The notes under the pieces are model-generated. The model ran no database searches. It was not told the DNA's origin and was given only the letters and a program-made list of their open reading frames with translations. DNA of 64,000 nt from a virus. Shown here one piece after another: positions 26,904 through 34,981 of the stretch. A program made the position numbers and the translations under genes. Location: IMG/VR virus record IMGVR_UViG_3300045747_000527, positions 64,001 to 128,000 of that record; one strand, written 5' to 3'. Positions within the stretch are counted from its first letter, which is position 1; every line of letters begins with the position of its first letter.

Positions 26904-27557
26904 CTAGCCCACACCCAAACTGGCGATTGCCGTCTTACCGGATTGCGCGATCAACTCTACTCGTACGTCCAGCCCCGTGTTTTCCGCGTCGTATCTGCAG
27001 CCCAGAAGGTTTGCGGCCATGAGCTTCTCATCACCGGAGAGTTGTGACTGTCGTGCTTGAACAGAGCGCATTTGATCTGCGGCGACATTCACCGCCCTGG
27101 TAACCACAGCTACTACGTTCGCTCCCACAGCTGAATCCGCATTCGTGCCCAGTGCCTCTAATGCTCCGCCTCCCAGGCTGGGCGAAAAAGCGTCGTAGTG
27201 TGGCGTGGTCAGTAAGAACTTGGTGTACGTCTGCATCAAGCAGATCAGACCAGTTGCTTTTTTCGTGTCCCTTCCCAAACGAAAGGTTACCTGGCTCTCT
27301 CTCACAAAACGGAACTCCGAGCTGATTACGGAGACAGACCGCACTGCCTGCGTAGCCAGGTCGATAGGTACCTGTGCGATGACCACGTTGGGGCTTGCGA
27401 TGACGAAGGATGGGCTCGACTCGTCGTTGATTACGACATCTACAGCTGTAGTGAAGTCGGGACCTGTGATACGCAAGGCCCGCGGGGCGTGGTCAGGGAC
27501 TTCGTCCACGCTGGTGAGTGTGAGCAAGTCGCTGAACTGAACGTACTGAATGTCCAT
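26904..27557 (-). CDS. Baseplate gp25-like protein with N-terminal IPT/TIG-like domain
   Basis: LRITGPDFTTAVDVVIND...SFVIASPNVVIAQVP; then LMQTYTKFLLTTP...FSPSLGGG...LDVRVELIAQSG; GGAG SD. Confidence 0.65.
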   Translation of the reverse strand: MDIQYVQFSDLLTLTSVDEVPDHAPRALRITGPDFTTAVDVVINDESSPSFVIASPNVVIAQVPIDLATQAVRSVSVISSEFRFVRESQVTFRLGRDTKKATGLICLMQTYTKFLLTTPHYDAFSPSLGGGALEALGTNADSAVGANVVAVVTRAVNVAADQMRSVQARQSQLSGDEKLMAANLLGCRYDAENTGLDVRVELIAQSGKTAIASLGVG

Positions 27558-27889
27558 CAGGCATTCTCCGGTGGGTTTGCGTTGTCCTTGTTCGCGACAG
27601 CCTGGTCTGTGCCCCAAACCCACGCGGTAACCGGCGTATCCTTCACAACCTCCAAAGCCGATACCAAATTGCTGCGCACAGTCTCTATGCGAGCAAGCTT
27701 GCTCGGACGGGTGGTCACGACACCGGGAGTGCCTCGTATCTTCCCTATCGCAGCGTCCACAAGCTGCTCGTAAGTCGTCTGGCTGACTCGCTTCGTGTAC
27801 TGTGAGCCACGGACAAATCCGTAAGCATCCGAAATACTATCCCGGATACTGGCGATCAAAGCCTTCTGTTTCGTTGTCGTATCAGCCAC
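27557..27889 (-). CDS. Hypothetical protein
   Basis: 110 aa ORF overlapping both neighbours. Confidence 0.6.
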   Translation of the reverse strand: MADTTTKQKALIASIRDSISDAYGFVRGSQYTKRVSQTTYEQLVDAAIGKIRGTPGVVTTRPSKLARIETVRSNLVSALEVVKDTPVTAWVWGTDQAVANKDNANPPENA

Positions 27890-30800
27890 TGAGAGTCTTT
27901 CCCGTTACCTGGTCCGCCGCCGGGTCTACAGAGTCTATGGTAGCACCAGCCCCTATCAGGCTGACAGGGTCCTCGTTCGAGACATCCGCATAGTCATACG
28001 ACGCATCCGGAGAGTACGCCGTGGTTTGATGCGTTCGCACGATGTCCGCACTATCCGTGGTCTTAGAGATCGGCACATCACTCTGCACAACACTGCGGGC
28101 CGCTTTTAGCATTGCTGCGGAAGAGGAGGCATCGTCCTTGTCCATAGCCAGAAAACCGATCAAGTCTCCTGTGGACAAAGCCTTGTACGCCAAGTCAAAC
28201 CCGCGCTCCTGAAGCATACCTAAAGCAGCGTCTACGCGATCTACCTTATTAGCGATAACTGCAGAGCACACAACTATCGCGGCACGCACAACGGAGATAA
28301 AGGCAGTAACCGCGGCTCTGGCGTCGTTGATCTGACCTGTGGAGGGATTGGGGTTAGCCAACAACGGATTTAACACGCGGTCTAACTCTGCTGTGGAACC
28401 CGTCGAGTATGGCCTCGCCTGCGCCTGCTGCATGTATGCGTAGTACTGCGGATACGCCCTCTCGATGAAGTACTTGTACTCAAACGCCTCATAGCTGTAG
28501 ACCACCCAGCCCAGGTCTGGGCCCGTCATCGGACGCAGCGATATGCCTGGCAGATCTAGCGCCAGCACCTTGTTACCACTGCCCGGCGCGTCGGGTTCTG
28601 CGAAGATTCCAGCCACAGTAAAGAGGGTCACACCAGGCTGCCCCAAGTCGCTTGGGTCAGGCCGCCAGAGCAAGTCGCTCTTCTTCACTCCATACGTCGC
28701 CAGATTGACAGCCGCTTTGTAGAACTGCTCGCTTAGTTGCGCAGGTATGGCGGATGAGGTAGGAAAAAACAGAACCCCGTTCGTAGACCCATAGAAGGTG
28801 CCAGCAAGCCCGAGGCTACCTGCGGCAGAGCCAGAAATCACCAGCTGAGACGTCAGTACCCCAGGTGTGCTCCACGCAGTACTTGTGATCTGAAGAGTAT
28901 CCTTCTCAATAGCGTAAGCAGTAGGCGCTTGTGCGCTATCTAGCGGGAAAGGCGCGTCCACACGCATGTGCACCGAGGCGCTATCGTGCGAAAGCATAGA
29001 GGACATTCGGCACACGCCATCGTTGTACCCAGTCTTGATGTGCACCGACAGAACGTCTGTGCCCGTGGCGTAGTTCTGGATGAACGCGGCCGGAATGTCC
29101 GCTGCAGGAAAACTAACGGAATCGGCGCCTAATACCGTGCAGGCAAGACCGGTAACGTCCAGTAGATCTCCGTTCGTCGTGGTGACCCCTCTACTCACGG
29201 AAGCCACCACATTCAGAGCTCTGAAGACAGGGTCCGCGTTCAAGAACTCCGCTAGCTGCTGGGCTGTGATGGGAGCTGTCTGCCCAATTTGACCGTCCTG
29301 AAAGCCGAGCAAAGCGTAGCACCTGGATAGCTCTTCTCGCGTATGGCCTGCATAGCCTCCTCCCACCAACGGGAGTGACATCTTAAACTTGAGCTGGCCG
29401 TTGCGTTGGAGAGAAATGCGTTTGTCATCTGTGTGTGCAGTCGCGACGAATTCTCCGTCAGAGAATGCGCTCGTGATTGCCACTGCTACGTCCGCAGTAG
29501 ATAGCGTTCCAGCGGGCAGCTCTACCAATCGATCTCCGTTGATGAGTAGCATCCGGTTGTAATCTGTGCCCGCGGCGTAAGCCAGACTTCCTTCGAAGCC
29601 CAGAACAGATCCAAGGGTACGCACTATGATTCCCGCCGTGGAACCTTGCTGCACAGTAGTGAGTACAATGTTCCCGGAACCACCGGCCACGACAGTCAGC
29701 ACACTAGAGAGGCCGGAGATAGCAAGGATGTCTGAGATCACGTCACCTGTGCCTCGGGTTCCTGCTGTAAGCAGCCCTGAGTACACAACACCATCCACGA
29801 TCACAGTGAAGACATTACCCGGACTATCGGGAATAACGAAGGGACCAGAGCTGCTGCCAGCTAAGGTCGCGGCAGTCGTATTTACGAACGTGTATTCAGT
29901 GGTCCCTCCACCGCTCAAAACTGTGGGCCAAACCACGGTAGGCAGGCTAAACACAGCAGCGGGTTGGCCATTGGCGGCTACAGCAAGTTGATCATTGGCA
30001 CTTGTAATCTTCCAGGGGCCGGCGATCTTCCCAACCGCAGTAGCATCCTGTGGGATAAACGGGTGGTTGACGTCATCGTAATAGCTGACCGGCAGGTTCT
30101 TGAAGAGAGCCAGACCAGATCCTGGCGTTGCGTCTACCTTCGGCAAACTAGGGTCTGCTAAAAGGCGCACCCCACTGACCGTGGCCTTCGCTGCAGCCAG
30201 CTGAAGGTACGCCACTCGTGCCTGCGAGACCTTGTACGCGTCTGTCGTGCCGGCATCCTCAAACATGCTCTGCATGTCGGTCAGGCTCTGCCGTGCCTGC
30301 GTCACCGTAGTCATCGCCGCGGCTTTCCTAAGTTCGAGCTCAAGAAAGTTAGCCAGGTAGATACCCAATCCCTGTATCCGCTGAAAGGTCGCAGGATAAG
30401 CGGTCCTGAGGGAGAGCAGCTGTCGGTAGACCGTTTGCACCGCCTCGGGGTGAGACCTGTGCACCACCGCGACTGAACCTGGAAGAATGATATTCGGGGC
30501 CAGAGACACATCACGGAAGGAATCCACGGCTCGGATAAACCGGTCGTAAGAAGCCCGCTGAACTGCTGCGTCCTTTGATAAGATCGCGTCTATCTCGATG
30601 AGCGCGCCAGCAGCGTCTCCCAGCAACGTCGTATGCGTGATCGACCTAGTGATCCCTGCAATCTCACTCACCGCTACCAATAGATCTTGCGCGGAGTTCA
30701 TCACCGCAACAAGATCATCCAGGATACTACTAGCGTCGAGGTACAGCAGGTAAAATATAGCGTTGGGATCGCTCACCAACGTCGTAGTCACCAGATCTAC

Positions 30801-30932
30801 TGCCTCCTGGAACTTAGCCGCAATGTCTACGGGTCCCAGTGAATCTACGGCGGTTGTCCCGCTTCCCTGAACCAGCGCAGCTGCGGCTGCAGTGACTTCA
30901 GCATTGCTGTACCCAGTAACTGAGCTAGCCAT
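27882..30932 (-). CDS. Large virion structural protein (baseplate-associated, function unclear)
   Basis: 1016 aa ORF in the baseplate cluster; helical N-terminus, beta-rich middle with repeated modules. Confidence 0.7.
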   Translation of the reverse strand: MASSVTGYSNAEVTAAAAALVQGSGTTAVDSLGPVDIAAKFQEAVDLVTTTLVSDPNAIFYLLYLDASSILDDLVAVMNSAQDLLVAVSEIAGITRSITHTTLLGDAAGALIEIDAILSKDAAVQRASYDRFIRAVDSFRDVSLAPNIILPGSVAVVHRSHPEAVQTVYRQLLSLRTAYPATFQRIQGLGIYLANFLELELRKAAAMTTVTQARQSLTDMQSMFEDAGTTDAYKVSQARVAYLQLAAAKATVSGVRLLADPSLPKVDATPGSGLALFKNLPVSYYDDVNHPFIPQDATAVGKIAGPWKITSANDQLAVAANGQPAAVFSLPTVVWPTVLSGGGTTEYTFVNTTAATLAGSSSGPFVIPDSPGNVFTVIVDGVVYSGLLTAGTRGTGDVISDILAISGLSSVLTVVAGGSGNIVLTTVQQGSTAGIIVRTLGSVLGFEGSLAYAAGTDYNRMLLINGDRLVELPAGTLSTADVAVAITSAFSDGEFVATAHTDDKRISLQRNGQLKFKMSLPLVGGGYAGHTREELSRCYALLGFQDGQIGQTAPITAQQLAEFLNADPVFRALNVVASVSRGVTTTNGDLLDVTGLACTVLGADSVSFPAADIPAAFIQNYATGTDVLSVHIKTGYNDGVCRMSSMLSHDSASVHMRVDAPFPLDSAQAPTAYAIEKDTLQITSTAWSTPGVLTSQLVISGSAAGSLGLAGTFYGSTNGVLFFPTSSAIPAQLSEQFYKAAVNLATYGVKKSDLLWRPDPSDLGQPGVTLFTVAGIFAEPDAPGSGNKVLALDLPGISLRPMTGPDLGWVVYSYEAFEYKYFIERAYPQYYAYMQQAQARPYSTGSTAELDRVLNPLLANPNPSTGQINDARAAVTAFISVVRAAIVVCSAVIANKVDRVDAALGMLQERGFDLAYKALSTGDLIGFLAMDKDDASSSAAMLKAARSVVQSDVPISKTTDSADIVRTHQTTAYSPDASYDYADVSNEDPVSLIGAGATIDSVDPAADQVTGKTLSG

Positions 30933-31365
30933 TGAACATATCGTACTGGCGTACGTCCCGCTTCTTCAGCTTCATGATCTTCTGGCGCATCAGCCTAGGA
31001 TCTTGCTGAAGATGCCAGCATAAACTGCGGAATGACATCAATTGATCAAACAGCCGCAGCTGGGCTTGCTGAGTCTGGGTGGCTGTCTTCTTGCCCTTGG
31101 TTTTGTACTCGCCGAAGAGCCTCGCTGCCGAGTCATCGTCGTCAGAAAATACCCAGTCTTTAGCCTCTCGGTACAGCCGCCTCGCTTCAGGACGACGGTC
31201 TCGCTTGTACTGGGCGATGTCGAAGGCCGCTCTCCGCAGCACAGTCGCCAGAAGCATCTTTTCTGCGTAAGACTGCGGTAAGATCTCACGGACAATCAGA
31301 AGCGAGGGCTCCAACTGGAACCTCTGCATCGCGGTGGCAACACTTGAGTCGTGTACAGCTCTCAT
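30925..31365 (-). CDS. Phage hypothetical protein
   Basis: LLATVLRRAAFD...EAKDWVFSD...SFRSLCWHLQQDPRLMRQKI; start may be ATG 31329. Confidence 0.6.
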   Translation of the reverse strand: MRAVHDSSVATAMQRFQLEPSLLIVREILPQSYAEKMLLATVLRRAAFDIAQYKRDRRPEARRLYREAKDWVFSDDDDSAARLFGEYKTKGKKTATQTQQAQLRLFDQLMSFRSLCWHLQQDPRLMRQKIMKLKKRDVRQYDMFNG

Positions 31366-32321
31366 GTGACTGTAATTGTGATCGGCTGACCTGTGATAGG
31401 CTGGTACGGAATCTTCACGAGGCTCCCATCTGTCCGCGACACACGCAGCTGCGTCGTGCCAGGACTTATGCCCACCAAGAACACCTGCGTAGCGGAAGTG
31501 CTGACCCCAGCAATGCTCGGGTCGTCCACGGAGTAGACAACGTCGCTGACCGCAGACCCTGTCAGAATACTACCGTCCGAAGCAGCCACCACTGGCGTCA
31601 GGACTGCCTGCTCTAGAGGAGCCACTGTAACTGAAGGTGCCCCAAAGGCTACTGAAGCTACCACGGGGAACAGCAGATCTGGAAGATTGGCTGAGTTCAG
31701 GTTCGGTACCTTAACTATCCTCGGGAAAGTGATGCCGCTCGTACCCTCCAAATCCTCCTTCGCCTCCACCCCAGGAACCCAGGCTGTGTAGATACCGTTC
31801 CTGTACAGATCAATCTCTATGTACCCACTTTGATCAGTAGTCGCGCTGGCCTCACTGCTCATGACGGCGTTGCTGTCCACCACCACGGGAGAAAAGGTAT
31901 TGATGAAACTGACGGTAAGCCCTGGCAACGGCCGCCCAGAGATATCCAGAAAGAAACCGCTGCAGCGGCACAGCCGCGGGTTCGTAGCGGTAGGCCGGGT
32001 GAACGTCTCTCCCATCACGTCAAACGCATTGGGGAGAGTGAGCACAGGGCTGATGACTGAAATTTGCTGGGGACTCTTGCTGCTGTCACCCAAAGACCCA
32101 TCGAAGGCTACCCCCGGCTTTGACATCCGAATGGTGTACGGAATCGGCGGCGTGTCTCCAGCCAGTGTCACATCCGCCACAGCGTCCGGGCCCACCGCCG
32201 CAGTTACCTGCTGGGTGACCAGCGAGGTGCCCGTGATGTCAAACACGCGCACCAGCACGCCCACCAGTGGCAGGTTGTTTTCATCTACAGCATAGATCTT
32301 AACTGTTTCTGGGGACGACAT
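31362..32321 (-). CDS. Structural protein with carboxypeptidase-regulatory-like and Ig-like (Big_2-type) domains
   Basis: DENNLPLVGVLVRVFD; GRPLPGLTVSF...TTDQSGYIEIDL; VYSVDDPSIAGV...LVGISPGTTQLRVS. Confidence 0.65.
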   Translation of the reverse strand: MSSPETVKIYAVDENNLPLVGVLVRVFDITGTSLVTQQVTAAVGPDAVADVTLAGDTPPIPYTIRMSKPGVAFDGSLGDSSKSPQQISVISPVLTLPNAFDVMGETFTRPTATNPRLCRCSGFFLDISGRPLPGLTVSFINTFSPVVVDSNAVMSSEASATTDQSGYIEIDLYRNGIYTAWVPGVEAKEDLEGTSGITFPRIVKVPNLNSANLPDLLFPVVASVAFGAPSVTVAPLEQAVLTPVVAASDGSILTGSAVSDVVYSVDDPSIAGVSTSATQVFLVGISPGTTQLRVSRTDGSLVKIPYQPITGQPITITVT

Positions 32322-32775
32322 GACCTACCTTCTCAAAGCCAAGGCTCTCCGCCAGCGGACGGACCTTCTTGTCAAACCTCTCCAGCTTTTCAGCCGGCGA
32401 TAAAGAGTATCCGCTCTTCTTTCCGCGAAGTCCACGCCTGCTGATGAGCTGCACCGTGGTTGCTACCCTGCCTGGGTCCACCAGCAACTTGCGCTCCGCT
32501 GCCCGCATCAGCTCAGGATTGGCATGCATGGCGTCGATCACAGTGGGCTTGCCAGACTTCTCAGCATCCTGCATGGCACGACCCCAATCGATCTTTACAC
32601 GGTCAGCCTGCCTCTCAGACGGTACTGCGTAGTCGTCTGAGTGGATGACGTGGAACTTGTCCGCGGGAAAATGCTTGCGGACGTAAGTGGTCTTACCAGA
32701 GCCGGAGGCACCCGTTACGTACGCGTGGACCGCGGCGACCTTCTCGTATGGAACCAGCTGCCCAACCCTGGACAT
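32299..32775 (-). CDS. P-loop nucleotide kinase-like protein
   Basis: YVTGASGSGKTT, IHSDDY, VIDA. Confidence 0.75.
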   Translation of the reverse strand: MSRVGQLVPYEKVAAVHAYVTGASGSGKTTYVRKHFPADKFHVIHSDDYAVPSERQADRVKIDWGRAMQDAEKSGKPTVIDAMHANPELMRAAERKLLVDPGRVATTVQLISRRGLRGKKSGYSLSPAEKLERFDKKVRPLAESLGFEKVGHVVPRNS

Positions 32776-32783
32776 ACGCAGCC

Positions 32784-33347
32784 CTAGTCTGAGTGGTCTT
32801 TATACGGATCGTTCTTCGGGGAGAACATCTCCTCGTACCGCTGCATACGCCCAGGAATCTTCCCCACGTCGTTGACCGCGTCGAAGGCGAGAATAGGGTT
32901 AACCTTTCTCAAAAGGTAATCCGTCACGGCCCCCGACAGCTTGGTCTTTGCGGAACCCACCTTGCCAAGCATCCCACCGTGAGCGACCGGTCCCAGCATC
33001 TTGGGGTGCGGCTTGGAGAAGTGCTCTCCCGCGGTCCCGCCGATGATGCCCCCCATACCTACTGGGGCGCTGTCTACGAGAGCCTTTACCAGCTGATGCC
33101 GCTTCATCCACGGGCTATTGTCCGTGAACTTCTTGACAAGGTGGCTGCCTGCCATACCCGCGCCGAGACCTGCGGTAGCCCCGAGACCTGCAGTAGCCGC
33201 ACCCCTCAGGCCACCATGGTGGGCGCCCATGAGTACCGCGGCTGGAATGCCGATGGCCTCCATGGCAGTAGCTGTGTCGAAGCCAATCTTCTCGAACTCA
33301 TCGAGAAAGGCCGCAATCGTCGCTGTCTTTTGAGATTCAGTCGGCAT
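32784..33347 (-). CDS. Gly/Ala-rich protein with N-terminal AFLDEFEKIG motif (possible internal/ejected virion protein)
   Basis: Glycine-zipper-like hydrophobic segments; motif shared with ORFs at 55.4-55.9 kb. Confidence 0.65.
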   Translation of the reverse strand: MPTESQKTATIAAFLDEFEKIGFDTATAMEAIGIPAAVLMGAHHGGLRGAATAGLGATAGLGAGMAGSHLVKKFTDNSPWMKRHQLVKALVDSAPVGMGGIIGGTAGEHFSKPHPKMLGPVAHGGMLGKVGSAKTKLSGAVTDYLLRKVNPILAFDAVNDVGKIPGRMQRYEEMFSPKNDPYKDHSD

Positions 33348-33354
33348 GACCCGA

Positions 33355-33363
33355 ATCCTAACA
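33355..33363 (-). promoter_or_regulatory. Candidate extended -10 element (leaderless transcript)
   Basis: Minus strand TGtTAGGAT, 7 nt before ATG 33347; no SD in the 20-nt gap. Confidence 0.35.
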
Positions 33364-33367
33364 CGGC

Positions 33368-34288
33368 CTACGAGTGCCGTACAGCAGCAGGAAGGTCTGG
33401 CAGCTGGATACCAAAGGGGTCATCCACCTGCAAACGTGCGTCCAGCAGGTCAAACGAATCCCCCACGGTGGGGACCTGGATACGTCTGATGAGAGACGTG
33501 CCCTTGATGATGACGTCCACCAAAGATCCTCGGACCAAGCTCACCGTAACTACACCTGATGAGTCAGCCCTTGCCGTAATACTCGCCCCCGCCATGAAAT
33601 ATGCATCTGTGATCAGCGGACTCATGCAGTTGACCACTGTGACTTCCGCCCCCTCCAACGCCAGACCGTCCAGAGTTGCGAGTCGTGCGGTTCCCTCGAT
33701 GAGCGACGACTGCTGCACAGCAGTAGCCCCGGACCCCAGGAACCACGCCTGCCAGGCGTCTGTCTCGCCAGTAGAGGAGTTCACGTACCTGACCCGGTAC
33801 CAGCCGTTTTGGTACGGGTACGTGTGATCTACGAACGAGTAGGACTCCACACCAGGGAGCAAGTAGACGTTGTGATCTAACCCGAAGGCAGCTTGGCTTA
33901 TCGTGAAGCCTAGGAGGGCATTTGCTGTTCCGCTCTGCACCAACAGACGCTCATCCATGCCCGTCTTGTCCGTGGAGATCTTTAGCCTGCCGCTCACACT
34001 GGTGACCGCTATGGACGTGTACTCTCTGAGCTCACGCAAAATACTGACGATGGTCATGGGGTTGGGCCCCACAAACACGTGATGAATTCCCACCCCGGAT
34101 ACGTCTAGATTCAGAGCCGTGCCAGCCAGATGCGTAAACACCGTACCAGTGCCTACGAGCGTGGCTCCCTGAGCTGAAAGACCCGTCAACGAGGCGGCAT
34201 CCGCGTAAGGAGGACCCGCCACGGACTTCTGTACCTCTAGTTCGTCGAAGTACCTAAGAACGCTGTCAACGTCAGGAACGTCCATCAC
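33368..34288 (-). CDS. Virion structural protein (hypothetical)
   Basis: 306 aa; shares modules with 31362-32321 and the baseplate proteins; GGAGG SD. Confidence 0.6.
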   Translation of the reverse strand: MMDVPDVDSVLRYFDELEVQKSVAGPPYADAASLTGLSAQGATLVGTGTVFTHLAGTALNLDVSGVGIHHVFVGPNPMTIVSILRELREYTSIAVTSVSGRLKISTDKTGMDERLLVQSGTANALLGFTISQAAFGLDHNVYLLPGVESYSFVDHTYPYQNGWYRVRYVNSSTGETDAWQAWFLGSGATAVQQSSLIEGTARLATLDGLALEGAEVTVVNCMSPLITDAYFMAGASITARADSSGVVTVSLVRGSLVDVIIKGTSLIRRIQVPTVGDSFDLLDARLQVDDPFGIQLPDLPAAVRHS

Positions 34289-34647
34289 TATCCTCCAGAG
34301 ATCGAAACTCCCATGATGGGAGTCAGATCAGAGCCTCCGGCCTTCTCTACGATAGCCTGCCCCGCCGAAACAAGTTGACGCCGAACCTCACCCAGAGCCG
34401 CCTTACTCCTCTGAGCAACCAGACAGGTAGCAGCTACTCGCTCTTGCGGCTTCTTGCTACGAAGCCCCATCTGCAGCTGTGCCGCTTCCTCGATCTGCCA
34501 CTTAGCGCAGAAGCCATGCAGCACCAGCACCTCACCAAACGTCAAGGCATCCTCTGCGCTGTGTTGGTACTCCATCGCAGCGTACCTCTGCGCATCGGTG
34601 AGGTACCCGAGCGTAACTAAGATCTCCCCTATCGTCGTGTCGCTCAT
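34288..34647 (-). CDS. Stand-alone MshEN-like (T2SSE N-terminal, c-di-GMP-binding fold) protein
   Basis: Two 24-aa motifs, TIGEILVTLGYLTDAQRYAAMEYQ and TFGEVLVLHGFCAKWQIEEAAQLQ, joined by 7 aa, resembling RLGxxLLxxGLVxxxxLxxxLxxQ; GGAGG SD. Confidence 0.7.
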   Translation of the reverse strand: MSDTTIGEILVTLGYLTDAQRYAAMEYQHSAEDALTFGEVLVLHGFCAKWQIEEAAQLQMGLRSKKPQERVAATCLVAQRSKAALGEVRRQLVSAGQAIVEKAGGSDLTPIMGVSISGG

Positions 34648-34931
34648 CCTAACCTCCGCTCAACAGGCACAATCAACGGGGTATTTAGCCGACGGTCTAC
34701 GCTGTCCAGAACACGCGTCAGCGTCTCCAGGGACGCAGTGTTGTCCCTGTCTGCTCTGATAGATGCGGCGCTTAACTCCAACAGCCGGTCTAAGCTCTTC
34801 ATGTGCGCCTCGCGCTCTTTGAGATGCGCCTTCCTCTCCAAAAGGTACAGGGTCAACGATAACGCGGCAATAAGATACCCTGCGCCGTACTGCGCAGAAC
34901 TCTTCAACAGCATCTCCACTACCGCTTCCAC
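34644..34931 (-). CDS. Small membrane protein, holin-like (one TM helix plus coiled coil)
   Basis: YGAGYLIAALSLTLYLL TM helix then an amphipathic helix; ATGA overlap with the MshEN-like gene. Confidence 0.5.
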   Translation of the reverse strand: MEAVVEMLLKSSAQYGAGYLIAALSLTLYLLERKAHLKEREAHMKSLDRLLELSAASIRADRDNTASLETLTRVLDSVDRRLNTPLIVPVERRLG

Positions 34932-34981
34932 GAAGACCTACCCAAAGAGTACCACCTAAACAGGCACGAACTCAACGTAAG

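Noticed and set aside
32793-33827. 344-aa + strand ORF, and similar antisense ORFs at 8835-9590, 56280-56930 and 60707-61348
   Set aside because: No recognisable motifs, and they lie opposite well-supported genes in GC-rich sequence.
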